Shown one piece after another: positions 12,947 through 25,290 of a stretch of 64,000 bases of DNA. The stretch's first letter is position 1; every line of letters starts with the position of its first letter. Origin of the DNA: Stegostoma tigrinum (taxonomy: Eukaryota); contig NC_081369.1 of NCBI RefSeq assembly GCF_030684315.1, forward strand, positions 9,772,035-9,836,034, given 5' to 3'. Made by a program: the position numbers and the translations under genes. Under the pieces are notes generated by a model, which saw only the letters and a list, made by a program, of their open reading frames with translations, did not search any database and had not been told where the DNA came from.

Positions 12947-14513
12947 AACAAAAAAAAAATCCAAAAGAACTGCGGACGCTGTAAATCAGGAACAAAAACA
13001 AATTTGTTGGAAAATCTCAGCATGTCCGGTAGCTGGGTGGTGAAGGAAAAAACAGGGTTGGCGTTTTGTCCGATGACCCTTCCCGAGAACTGATACTGGC
13101 TGGGAAAATGTCAGTTTATGTGCGCAGAAGAGGTGGAGGGGGAAATTGGGTAAAGAGTAAATAATAGGATACAGTCTCAAGTTAGGGAAGAGCAGTTGGA
13201 CAGATGAAGAGTTGATAATGATGGCTGGGAGAATGAATAGTTGTTAATGGGGACTAACAGTGACTACTAACAGGTAGTGTATAAGGGCAGGCTATGTGTT
13301 AACAAGGTCTGATGTGTGGGGTAGGGTGCTGGGGCATGGAAGAGCTTAGGTCTTAAAATTAAGCCTGTCTCCATTGCATATGTTCAGATGAGGCCAACTT
13401 TGACAAGGGAGCCTCCAAATTGTCCAAATTCTTCCTCAGCCAAGGATTCCTCTGCTCTGTTGTCAACAAGGTCCTCAATTGAATTCGACCCATCTCCCAC
13501 AGTTCTGCCCTCACTCCATTCTCTTCCCTCCCGCAACAGCGATGGGATTCCCCTTATTCTCACCTACCATGCCACCAGAATCCACATCCAGAAGAACATC
13601 AGACACCACTTCTGCCAGCTCCACCAAGATGCCATCACCAGACACATGTTCCCCTTCCCTCCCTTGCCCACCTTCCGCAGGGACCACTCCTGCCAGGAAA
13701 CCCTAGTCCATACTTCCTTCACCTCCAACACCTCCCCACAGCCCTACAGCACCTTCCCCTGTAAATGGCAAAGGTGCAACACCTGCACATTTACCTCCTC
13801 CCTCCCCAGTATCCAAGGCCCAAACATACCTTCTGGGTGAAGCAACACTTCACCTGCACTTCCAAGAATTTAGTCCACTGCATTCACTGCTCACAATGTG
13901 GTCTCCTCTACACTGGGGAAATGAAGCATAGACTTGGCGACCACTTTGCAAAACATCTACATTCTGCTTGCAAAAAAAAGACCCTGAACTACCTGTCGCC
14001 TGCCACTTCAATGCACCACTTTGCTAACAGTCGCCATTAACAACTATTCACCCTCCCAGCCTGATCGTGAGCAACTCCTTTGTCTGTCCAACTGTCTTTC
14101 TCTCTCTTTGGGCTCTATCCTATCATTTACTCCCTACCCCACCCTCCTCCCTATCTTTTGCATATAAGCTGATGTTTCCCCAGCCACCATCAGTTCTGAG
14201 GAAGGGTCATCAGATCCGAAAAGTTAACCATGTTTTCTCCTCCATAGTTGCTGCCAGACCTGCTGAACATTTCCAGCAACTTTGTTTTTCTTCCTTAAAA
14301 TTATTGAACTCATTATCAACTCTTTGTCTGTCCAACTCTTTAAACTCTATCCTATTGTTTACTCCCTACCCCATCTCCCTTCCCCTCTTTGCTGCATACA
14401 AACTGACATTTTCCCAGCCAGCATCAGTCCGAGGGAGTTTCACCCAAAATGTTAACTGATTTTTACCTTCACAGATACTGCCAGACCTGCTGAGCTTTTC
14501 CAGCAACTTTGTT
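12947..14513 (+). mobile_element. Penelope-like element (family B): inverted 5' pLTR, truncated body, tandem 3' pLTRs
   Basis: NLVHCIHCSQCGLLYTGEMKHRLGDHF; inverted terminal copy at about 12958-13360; repeated 3' ends; 15 bp TSD CTTGAGCACTAGCAT (12932-12946, 14514-14528). Confidence 0.88.
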
Positions 14514-14620
14514 CTTGAGCACTAGCATTGTAGCCTTATTTCAAACATACACAAAAATGCTCACTTCCAAAGTTGAAGTGAGAGTGACTGCTGTTCATAA
14601 GAAGGACATATTAGACTCAG

Positions 14621-14808
14621 TAAAAAAAAGTGATCGCTGTATATCAGAAACAAAAACAGAAATTGCTGGAACATCTCAGCAGTTCTGGCAGCAACTGTGG
14701 AGAGTAATCAGAGTTAAAGTTTTGGGTTGAGTGACCCTTCCTCAGAAAATGAACAGAACATTGAGAGGAAGTGTCACTTGATCTGAAATGTTAACTCTGA
14801 TTTTGTTC
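14621..14808. mobile_element. mini-PLE (family B)
   Basis: Inverted centre; TSD CATATTAGACT(C/T)AG at 14607 and 14809. Confidence 0.78.
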
Positions 14809-17800
14809 CATATTAGACTTAGCATGGCATCATGGAACTCTAACAAAATGCGAGTCAAAGGAAATAGGTGGAAAAATCTCCAATAGTTGGAGTCATATGT
14901 AACACAAAGGAAGAGCACAGTGTGGTTGAATACCTTCCTTCATCCTGAATAACTTCAGCACGAACAACTCTCAGGAATCTTGACACTTCAAAACCAAGCA
15001 ATTCTCTTATTTGGCACCACATCTACAAATATTCAACTGCTCCATGACCAATGTTCATGGGTGTAATGTGGACCATCTATCAGATGCACTGCAACATCTC
15101 AGCAAGGTTCCTCAGATAGCACATTCTAAACATTTGACAACTGCCATCTGAAAGGATAATGGCAGCAGATACATGGGAACAAGACCACCTGCAAATTCTG
15201 CTCCAAGCCATTCACCATCCAGACTTAGAAATACATTTCCATTCCTTCAGTTTTGCTGTGACAAAATCATAGAACTCTCCCCAAGTGGCATTTTGGGTGT
15301 ACCAAGCCAAATGGATTGCCGTCGTTCAAGAATGGTTCACCAGCGTCTTCTCAAGGCCAGTGAGGGATGGGCAGTAAATGCTGGGCCAGGATTAAAATGA
15401 ATGTTGGTAAGATGTTATGAGGACATAAGTTGATCCAAGAAATTGATTAGGCTAAAGAATGAGAGTATACTAGCAAGATATCCTTTCTTTTAAACAAAAG
15501 GTTGAAAATGCTTCAATAGAGTCAATACAAAAAGTTTCTTCTTGCATTTTCTGCCTGAAAACAGGTCTGATACCTTTGGCAAGAAGAGTGATCATGATAA
15601 CACTCTCAGCACAATTTGGACTGACAAAAGCTATTGACATCAGTACGATCAACAGCTGACTGAACTAACCATCCCCCAAGGAGACTAAGTTGCTGTGGCA
15701 ACATGCATGAAACTTTGGCAGAGGCTGTAGGTTTCTCACCTTCACCTGGATGTGTGATCAGGCAGTTGAACAGGTAGCTGTTGCTATTACTTCCCTCATT
15801 GGTGTGTGTTGGATGAATTTATAAGTTGATGCTCATACATTTAGTCATCTTATGGATACACCTTGCTTGCCATTAAAGCATGGATTGCAATTTGAACCAG
15901 AAGAATCTGGCTCAGAGGCAACAAAACTGTCATTGTACCATAAGACTTCCAGAGAGGAATCAGTAAAAAAGTAAATGTAGGCCTATTAGAAGCAGAAACA
16001 AGCAAAAGTATAATGAGGAAATGACAGAAGCACTGAACTGATACAATACAGCAGAAGACAAAAGGCTGCAAAAAGGGGCAACCAAATGCCCTGTAAAAAT
16101 TAGGAAACTAAAAGAAATCCATATCAGTAGAAAATCTAATGGTTTTAAGTGGTCATTAGTCCTCCGTTCCTGAAAATCTGTATCATAAAGTTTTAAAAGT
16201 GGTAGCAGCAGGGATCATTGGTGCATTATTTTTATTTCCAGAATTCCTTAGGTTAAATATAATTCATAAGAATCAACAGGTAGCTGACATAAACTTATTA
16301 TTTAACATAGGGGCAAGGGCTAAAACCAGAACTGTGGGCCAAATAATCGAGTATTCATAGGTAAAATGCTCGATGCTATTGTTAGAGGCAGGGTAACACA
16401 GCGCTTGGAAAATCATATGATTAAGCAGAGTTGACATGAAATGAAACAGTTTCTGTTAGGAGCTTTTTGAGGATGTAGTTACAAAGATTGTTCCGGTTGT
16501 TAGTTTTTTTTTGTTCTGAGGTTTCCAAAATGTATTCAATAAAGTTATGAAACAAAGTTAGTATTCACAAGGTTTGACGTCACATATTAGGATAGATTGA
16601 GAGCAAGTGAAAGGCAATGTGTAAAGGGAAGATATTCCCTTGGTAGTTATTCCGCAGAAGGGAATTGTCCTTCGACGAGGTTGAGTCGACTCATCAGTTA
16701 CTGCCTAGAATTGGGGAGACTGAGAGTTGATTTAACTGGAACTTGAAAAATATTTTGAACAGGGTGCCCAGGATAGAAAGTGTTCCTCCTGTCTGAGGTC
16801 GATCAACAAAGGTCGACCATTTTGGAATCCTAGGAGCAGTGGATGTTGAATGTGGTCAAGATTGACATCAATAATCTCGGGGTACCAAGGAAATAAATGT
16901 ATTTTGGGTCCAGGAATGAAATGATTAGTAATATTCAGTGCGCAGGTGCCTTTGGTGTATATCAGTCAGGGTATTGTTGAATATTAGGGTCAACCACTAG
17001 CTTCTACTTCTTAACATCCTTGTTTTTAACAACGTCTAGCCGTGAGCCGAACGGCCTATTTCCCTGTTCTATCTATGGTAAATCTATGCAATAAATATTT
17101 CACATTCAGCAACATAAAACATTTTTCTATTCTATCATAACTTGCAGCCATGGACTAGCGACTAATAACAAGGTTAACGGCGGAGTCTGTGCCAGTTCTC
17201 CACATTTCAAACTGCTGATAAAACCCAAAAATGAAGTCGGCGATTGGATTAAACTCACCACATCCCATTTTTATAATGAAGATTAGATTTCGGGCAGGTT
17301 AGCCTCTAGCCACTGACCTGGCTGCATTCTAAGCCACACCAACATCACAGTTTATATGCAAGCGAGATTTTACTTTTTTAGAAAAGCCTGGTTGTTAGCT
17401 TAGATAATAAATTATAGGGCCCCGCGACGACCGCAAATAGCCAGTCTCACCGCTGATTCGAACGACGTTTAAAAGTTACAAGGTCTCAAAATCAGACCTT
17501 GCGTTTTCTTACCCAATTGTTATCTACTCGTTTGAACTGTTCCTCTGGAGTTAGGTCAAGCTTTGAAACGCTAATGTAAAGCGAGTAGCTGGGCTTGAAT
17601 CCTCTGAATCGTTGACGATTCGGGAGCAACATGCATTTGACACGAAATTGAATCGTTAAACATTTTTACCATTTAGATACTAGATATTCTGTTCTAAAAG
17701 TTATGGCCTCTCACTTTTCAGGGGTTCGGATTGTTGTTATCTAGATTTGAGACCAATCTGCGTTTCACTTAGGCTGAGGCATGGTGAACCAGCCTTTCAA

Positions 17801-18378
17801 ATAAATAAAACAAAGGACAGCGGATGAACATCTGAAACAAAAGCAGATATTGTTGGTGAAACTCTGGCAGGCATCTGTGGAGGCAAAGTACAGCTAACGT
17901 TTCCAGTCCAGTGACCCTCCTTCAGAACAGACTCCTTTCGTACTATTTTTATGTGGGGCGACTCGCCCGCTCTTAACCATTACTCTCGAAATAATAGCCG
18001 CAGCTTCAGCACGGCTCAAATGGTGCTCTTATTGGGGAGGCAGTTTTGTGATGTTCAGTCTTGGAACTTCAGTGTTTCCTATTGTGATTGTCACAATATT
18101 AGGGTTTGGGCCGTCAGAGAGTCATAGAGATGTACAGTGCGGAAACAGACCCTTATGTCCCATGCTGACCAGATACCCGAAACTAATCCAGTCCTATTTG
18201 CCAGCATTTGGCTTATATCCCTCTAAACTTGTTCTATTCATATATCCATCAAGGTGCCATTTAAAATGTTGTAATTGTACCAGCTTTCACCACTTCCCCA
18301 GAAGTTAATTCCACACATGCACTACCCTTTGCGTGTAAAAGTTGTCCCTACGTCCTTTTCAAATCTTTCTCTTGTCAG

Positions 18379-18832
18379 TTTTACCGTGATTTCTAACTTG
18401 GCGCATGATCCAACATGGTTCATTTTACACAAGAGGCAAACAATTCAGTTACTCTCTGTACAGCCAATATGTCATAGCGATTCAGGGTGCGCAATTCGCG
18501 TCTCTGCCACATTTTATTATCGTTGAGATTATCCGTCTAATACAACCGCACCAATTCAGAATCACTTCCAGCGGCCCTTAACTGGTAATGCGAATTAGCT
18601 GCTGTTTCTTCAATAATTCGCATATATCAGTTAGGGCCGCTAGAAGAGATTCTGAATTGGTGCGGTGGTGTTAAACAGATAATCTCAACAATACTATAAT
18701 TTGGCAGAGACGCGAATTGCGCACGCTGAATCGCTATCATATTTTGGCGTACGAACAGTAAATGAATTATTATCCTCCGTGTAAAATAGACTATGTCGGA
18801 CGCTGCGCCAAGTTAGAAATGTCGGTTTAAAA
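18379..18832. repeat. ~450 bp imperfect palindrome (probable MITE/foldback element)
   Basis: Arms 18379-18597 and 18614-18832, 16 nt loop; e.g. ATTTCTAACTTGGCGCA / TGCGCCAAGTTAGAAAT and CCGCACCAATTCAGAATC / GATTCTGAATTGGTGCGG. Confidence 0.92.
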
Positions 18833-19940
18833 GCAAATGTAGTGAAGACAGAAGTGCCGTAGATAAAAGCAATATCGTCGGTCCGTCCTGTTGAAGAGTC
18901 AAGCTGTGACTCAGGCTAGCGGAATACACAATCTGACTGCAATTACTTTGAAACTCCTTCATATTTCCGAGTGCGATTATACTGCATTCGGGAGAATAAT
19001 GTTGCAGACTAGCTGGAGTAACTCGTTTTATAATAAGTTATTTCGGTCCAGAGACCCTACCATAAAAGAAACAAAACCTCAACTTGCTTCTACGGTCAGG
19101 ATTAGGAAAGCTCCCCGCGTTATTCTACAAGCTCAAACATTCTTCACCTTCCCGTGCTCATGTTATTCATACCGTTTAAAAAAAAATCGGCTTAAATAAT
19201 AGCCTCAGAACTTCTTCAATAAATCCTGGACAAGAGCCGTAATTTTTTTTCACTATTTCACGTTTCTCGTGGGCGAGATTCCATCTCTTTCGACTGGAGA
19301 AGGATGAGGATGCAAGGCACTGTAACTCGACACGGGCTGATTTATCTAAACCTCCAATGTAGATAAGATGGTGCAGCTTTCCTTACAAAAATGATTGAAC
19401 GTTAGTCGGTAAAAGTTTTTTTCCCCCCCCAAAAAAAATCCGACCCGCAGTCATCTAGCTTTGGTGTTGGCAAGTCCGCAGTTTTCATTTCGGGAATTCG
19501 CCGACAAACGGTTAGCAATTAAATGGTCAAACTGCGTCCGAAACTCTCAGATTTCATTACCGCGTAGAGGAAGGTCGAGAATAAGTTAGAGATTTCACTG
19601 GGTGGAAGGTGAACGATAATGAGAAACTCAGTTCACGATAACGATGCAAAATGTAACATCAGAGCAGACTGCGAAACATGTATTTTGAAAAATGTTATTT
19701 GACTCCCTGCAGCAAAAGATTTCGAAATAGCAACTAAAACAGAAGCGTGCTGTCGATACTCTCCCCTTGTTCTAGCCCACTGAATTGCCGAATATTCAAT
19801 TTTCGGCCCTGAATTTCCAGCAACAAGAGCGCATACTTCCCGCGCCCAGTGAGTAATATTGGTTAAAGCTGCACCCAAGTTGCTCCATTTTCCCGGATAC
19901 AAAAGCTTGTTGCACACCGGGTGTGCAATCTGTTTTGAAC

Positions 19941-20080
19941 TATAGAATCCCTACAGTGTGGGAAAAATGCCTTTGACCCATTGAGTCTGCACCGACCCTC
20001 TCAGGAGCATCGCAACCGAACCCAGTAATCCTGTATTTACCATTGCCAAGCCACCTCACCTACGCACATTTGGACTCTGA
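19941..20080 (-). mobile_element. HE1-type SINE 3' fragment
   Basis: Reverse complement of the cacactgtagggattcta tail and the agtccaaatgtgcgtagg core. Confidence 0.65.
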
Positions 20081-20202
20081 ATCTACGCTACAGGAGAGGA
20101 AATGCCTATTATTTGCATTATCCTTCCCAGCCGTCCTCTCGTTTCAACTTTCCCGTCCCTCTCACTGCCGTTTATTCCACGTTGCTGGGAGCGATTACTT
20201 AC

Positions 20203-20508
20203 CGCTTACATCCAGCCGTTTGCCAGTCCCATTTCCAGTATGTTCACCCTGCACTCTGCAATAGTAGACGCCGGCGTCTCCAAAACGCACATTGTGAATG
20301 CGCAGAATGGCGCTGGCTTTGCTCTCAATCTGGAACTCTCTCCTGGAATCCTGTTTCGAGCTCAAAAATTCGCGGTCGCCGTCTTTCCACCAGTGCACCG
20401 TGATTTTTTCTGGATTTCGGAAGAGCGGGAACGAGCAGTAAAGAGTCACTGTCTGTCCGACGACCGCGCTGGGCGGTTTCAGAAATTGAAGCACTTGAGC
20501 GGCCGCTG
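20203..20508 (-). CDS. IgSF receptor exon 2: V-set domain with germline J-like G strand
   Basis: Acceptor ttgttttctcag; 306 nt open; AAAAQVLQFLKPPSAVVGQTVTLYC...VHWWK...AILRIHNVRFGDAGVYYC...NGTGKRLDVS has B-strand Cys, C-strand Trp, DxGxYYC and GxGxxLxV; phase-1 donor G|GTAAGT. Confidence 0.95.
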
Positions 20509-20783
20509 CTGAGAAAACAAACAAAAACATCAAACATTTATTTGCAGGAGGACGGCGGTGAATGGAAAACTTGTAACAACAAACAAGCAAACAACTAGGG
20601 GAGCGGCAACGGCGCTTATGACTGCTTGCAAATTTTTTTTTCGAAAGACTAGAAACTCCAGAAAGAACATGTATTTACTGTTTACGGCTGAAGTTGTTAC
20701 AAGTCATGGCCATACAAAGAAAATGTTGTAAGTTGTACATGCGAAATCATTTATGTAGCAATCGTTGAATTGAAGACACGTAC

Positions 20784-20838
20784 CGGTACAAGAAAGGATC
20801 AGGATGAGCACGGGGCGAAGTTCCATTGCTCGGGACAT
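20784..20838 (-). CDS. IgSF V-C1-TM receptor, exon 1: signal peptide MSRAMELRPVLILILSCT (alternative ATG at 20826)
   Basis: ATG at 20838 and in-frame ATG at 20826 (gcaATGG context); hydrophobic core VLILILSC; phase-1 donor G|GTACGT; splices in frame to AAAA-QV of the V exon, giving a typical split leader. Confidence 0.85.
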
Positions 20839-21070
20839 AATGGTATTTGGAGCAGAGGCCCAGCTGAGTACCTGACCTCCAACTGGTTTGAGCGGGACGG
20901 CAGGGCGAGGGTGGTCACTTGTTTTTTTTCCACTCTCAAACTCATGTGAAGTGCAATCGTTCAGTATCACGCTTGCAGTCTTGCGGTTTCAGTACTGTTT
21001 TGGTAGGCAAGATCTACAAACCACGATGTGTATTTGAAACAGAAATAACGATGGTTTCGTTTTTCGTACC
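20839..21070 (-). promoter_or_regulatory. putative promoter/5'UTR of the IgSF receptor with RUNX-like and IRF-like motifs
   Basis: Immediately upstream of the leader ATG; TGCGGTTT at 20982-20989 (RUNX-like), GAAACAGAAA at 21036-21045 and GGTTTCGTTTTTC at 21053-21065 (IRF/ISRE-like). Short motifs that could be chance matches. Confidence 0.35.
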
Positions 21071-24000
21071 AAGCGTTCAAAACTTCTTATCTGAAGCAGA
21101 AATCAAATGTCATATCCATATGAGACGGCAATGTGTGTCTGTGGAGTGTTGTGACAAAGTTGAGGGAGCGAACTGTAATATCCAGCCAGTTTCCTGTGCT
21201 CAAGAGTGTTGCTACCTCCAGACTTTCAAAGTTAACAAGCTGTAGAGCTGGAAGAACACAGCAGGCCAAGCAGCATCTTAGGAGCAGGAAAAGTTAATGC
21301 TTCACAAAAGTTTCACGCACTAAAGGATCCCCATCCCCACCCAACCGGGCGGTTCCTCAATACCCACTAACTTTAATTGCGAACGCCACCTCACCCTCTG
21401 GCAACTGGCCTGCAGCCATCTCAAATTTATAGGGATTAAACGTGGACCTCGCCAAACATTCAAGCAACCCCCTCATCACACGCCCGTTTACTTGTCTCAC
21501 CAACCTGCCGCAAGCCAAAAAGGAGAAAATAGTTTGATTTGCTGATTGAAACAGAAGTAATTCCCACAATAGTAGTTGTTCAGGGACGTTTTTACTCAGA
21601 TTTAACAGTCACCATCTTTTACATTCACTGTTTCAGTGCCTTGTATAATACAGAGCACCAGAAACAGGTCATTAGGGCGAACCAGCCCATTCGTTTATGC
21701 TTCGTACCAGCCTTCCAAACCTATTCATATAAAATGCTCCTGTATTTCCTTCATACATTTAATACGTTTCCCTCCAAAATGCGTCCATTCTATTCGCCTC
21801 AACTCCACCAGGGTCGCAAATTAAGTACTCCACTCTCCAGATAGAGAAGTTTTTCCTGAGTTACCTGTCGGAGTTAGCATTCAGGGTCTCATATTTACAC
21901 CCTCGAGACTAAATCGTCCCACAAGTGGCAAAGTCTTCTGCAACAGCCTTAACCTTATTGATTTTAATCATTCATCAGCCTTCACAAAAGTTGTTTGACC
22001 CAAGGACAGAAATTCCTTGAAATAAGAGGAGCGCCGTCAACAAGCAGAAGCGTGAGGAATCAGTGTCGCCAAAACGGAACCGGAAGAGAAATCTCTCAAA
22101 GATTAAATGACCGAGAACCATAATAAAATGAACTAGATTTAACAATTACAGGATTTCGTACGATGAAACGTCTGCAAATTTTCAACTAATCCCAATAAAA
22201 CCAAAGCGGCGAAACATAAAATTGACCTTTTCTTTCCAGATCCTTACCAGCATCCCCTGCGATCTCGACTCATCTCCGGTATCCAACAATTGCATTTCTC
22301 ATTTTAGTTTTTGTACAACTTTGAGTGAGGTGTTGAGATTATCAGACCCCGCTGGGTGTACTTTAGGACAGAATGTTGAAATACTAATCCTATGTCCCCT
22401 AGTATTTAGCCTTCCAATAGCACAGTCTTTTTTAGCCAAGGCAGTCCATGGTCAGCGTTCACGCGAGCAGAAGCGAAATGGGAATATTTGAAAGTTCTCA
22501 GGTCTCCTAGATTGCCCTGAAGAGCTCCAGCTATTGAAGAATTATTTCCCGAATACTGCCAAAGGCGCCGGCTGAGGTTCAAAAACATTTCTTCACCAAG
22601 TTTCTTCCTTACGTTATATATCCGTTAAAGAAATATCGCAAAAGGGAAAATTAGGCTTTTTTTAGTGGGGCGGGTGAAGATTGCATGACGAAGCCTAGTG
22701 GAATGGATCTTACCAAAGTGGGTAGTTCTTACCACTTAAATCTATGTAAATAATACACTTACGGACTTTTACCTTAAGTATGAGGGAGAAGCAAATGGAA
22801 GGATCCGGTGATAATGAAATGTAGTCATGTGAGCGAGTATTAATTTGTGGGCAACTGATCTGTTCCAGCGCGATAAAATGTGCGTAACACCGAAGATACA
22901 GAGATTGATAAATTCTTGCTCTCACAAGGAATCAAGGGCTACGGGGAGAGTGCAGGGAAGTGGAGTTGAAATGCCCATCAGCCATGATGAAATGGCGGAG
23001 TGGACTCGATGGGCCGCATGGCCTTACTTCCACTCCTCTGTCTTATGGTCTTATATTCAAGAGAATTCTGACGGGCTAATAGACATTGACCAATGAAGGC
23101 AAAATGCTGACTGAGCAACTTGTAGCAGTTAGAATTGTCTTCAACATGGAGGCAAGTTCCCACGAGTAGGGTCCATCACAATAAGCAATGCTGATAACTA
23201 AACAACACAATATTCAAATCCTCCTCCGCCAAAAAAAACAAGGAAATAGAGGAGACAAATATTTAAAAAAAGGTTTAGAACAACTTAATTAGGGGAAAGA
23301 AAAAAGTCTGTTCAACAGCCCGACATAATCAAAACATTGGTTCAGGAAACAACAATGAAAACAAAACAAAACAAATTGCCCAACATATCTCATACGTCAC
23401 AGTATTTCAGCACAGTCCTAAGTTAGAGCCATAGCAGTAGAGGTGGGGTTTCCGTCAAAATTACACAGAAAGAAGCAATGTTGGTGTAAAATAGGATCAA
23501 GAATGTAACCTTTAAGTACTTTCTTCAAATCACGAGTTAATGGGGGTAAACATTGTATCATGTCATTAACTATAAGAATCATTTGCGAAATTAAATTGTG
23601 CAATCGTAAACTCTTAGCTCAAAGCACGAACCAAAACCTTTTCACTCATGGAACTGCTGATCACACTAACATTCGCTTGATAGATTACAGCGTGAAGTGG
23701 TACTCTAAGCATAAGGAATGCTGTTCATAAGGTAGATACATAGAAAAGTGAGTGGTCCATCTTATCCTAAAGACATCCAGAGGCACAATGATCCTTCAGT
23801 CAAACTAACCAATTGCTTATTAATTTAAATGGGTTTCAGCATATTAACCAAGGCATGTTATGTAAAACAAAACATCAAAAAGTATGCAATGTTTAGCATC
23901 CTGAAAACATTACAAAGTACCTTAAAAGCAACTACTTTTGAAATATATTTCAACCATGGAAATAAACAACACAATGATTTGTTTTTTGGTGGTGTTGTAT

Positions 24001-24989
24001 AGCTGAAGGTTAAATTTTGACCAAGATATGGGGATATCTGTGCCCAGAAATATTTGAACATGGTGTCAGGATCTCAAAAAGGCAGATGGAGCTCTGGTTT
24101 AATATTTCATTCAAAAGAAAATGGCTACAACATTCAGTATTGCTGACTGTTGAATGTACTGTATTCAAAACAATCAGCTATTTTCACACTAATGGCTGAC
24201 TGATTCTTCTAATTGTGGCTGAGCTAATAGAAGTGTTTTGTAGTTTATACTGTTACTTAAAGTTGGTGAGTCCACTGAAATGGATATGGCACGTGGTGAA
24301 GGCTTCAAGAGTTTTGTTCAGGCAATGTCCTCTTGATGTAACAGGACAGTCAGCTGAACTGGAACAGGGGAGGGCAAGTTGCTTGAAGAGGCAGATGAAG
24401 GAGGGGAGGGGAGAAGTCCATCTCATCTTCAGGAAATACTATTCTTAACAATGTCACTGAGGAGGAGTGTGTACAACATCTTCAGTTTTTTTCAAGGAAG
24501 TGCTCTCAACAATCAGGTGTCTCCTGTCAGCAGTCCAGAAGACTCAGAGCAGGCATAGAAAGTACTGTCAGTGGCTATGGCCACAAACGTCATACATCAA
24601 GATCCTTCAGAACAACATAGGCAAAATCTTTAACATCTCCTATTTTGGCTTCAATTGCTGTGCAAGAGTGGTGACTGATACTCAATGCCAGGTGAAGGTG
24701 ATTGATAACATTCTTTCATACCAGATAGGAGCAGTTTCAGCATTTAAGCCAACAGTCCAAACCAAAGGATGACTACTGGGTAAAGAGGGAAATCTACTGA
24801 TGACCATCTCTTGGTTCTAGAATGCAATGCTGTTAAAGGTATTGAGCAATCCTTTTGAAAGAAACATGACTGAGTAACCAACTAGCTGCCTGGAACTATA
24901 TCTTCCTGCATTGAGACTACTCTGGAGAAGCCCTGCAGTGCTCACATCATGATTTGCCCACTCACATCCACAACTCCTCCAATGCTTTA

Positions 24990-25290
24990 CACTAGTTTCA
25001 GAATTATCAGTTTGTGGGCTCCAGTTGCCTCATTTTTACCATGGATGTGTAATTCCTTTACACATCTGTCCCCCACCAGGATGGTCTCAGGGCTCTCCAC
25101 ATCTTTGTGGAACAAAGGCCTGATCTGACCCCATCCACCATCAGTCTCCTTCGCCTGGCCAAGCTTGTCCTTTCCTCTTAATTCGTTTCATTTTCTTCAG
25201 ATCAGAGGTGTGGTCATGGGTACCTGCATGGGCCCCAGCTATGCCTATCTCTTTGTGGGATACGTGGAACATTCCCTGTTCTAGTCCTAC
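24990..25290 (+). mobile_element. PLE reverse-transcriptase fragment
   Basis: Decayed LIFTMDV..LYTSVPHQDGLRAL...GVVMGTCMGPSYAYLFVGYVEHSLF. Confidence 0.75.

Noticed and set aside
20203-20508. Rearranging Ig/TCR V segment or germline-joined Ig light chain
   Set aside because: No RSS seen; the framework lacks WYQQ/WYRQ and FGxG (has HWWK and NGTG); the gene has a TM exon without the charged residues of TCR chains.
20203-20508. Calling the gene NCR3 (NKp30)
   Set aside because: The GNGT motif is reminiscent, but NKp30 has a single V and a charged TM; here there is a C1 exon and a neutral TM, so no symbol was assigned.
23170-23220. BBS2 last exon (tail-to-tail neighbour of OGFOD1 in human)
   Set aside because: Only a 4-5 residue resemblance (NTIFK), no splice site or extended match.
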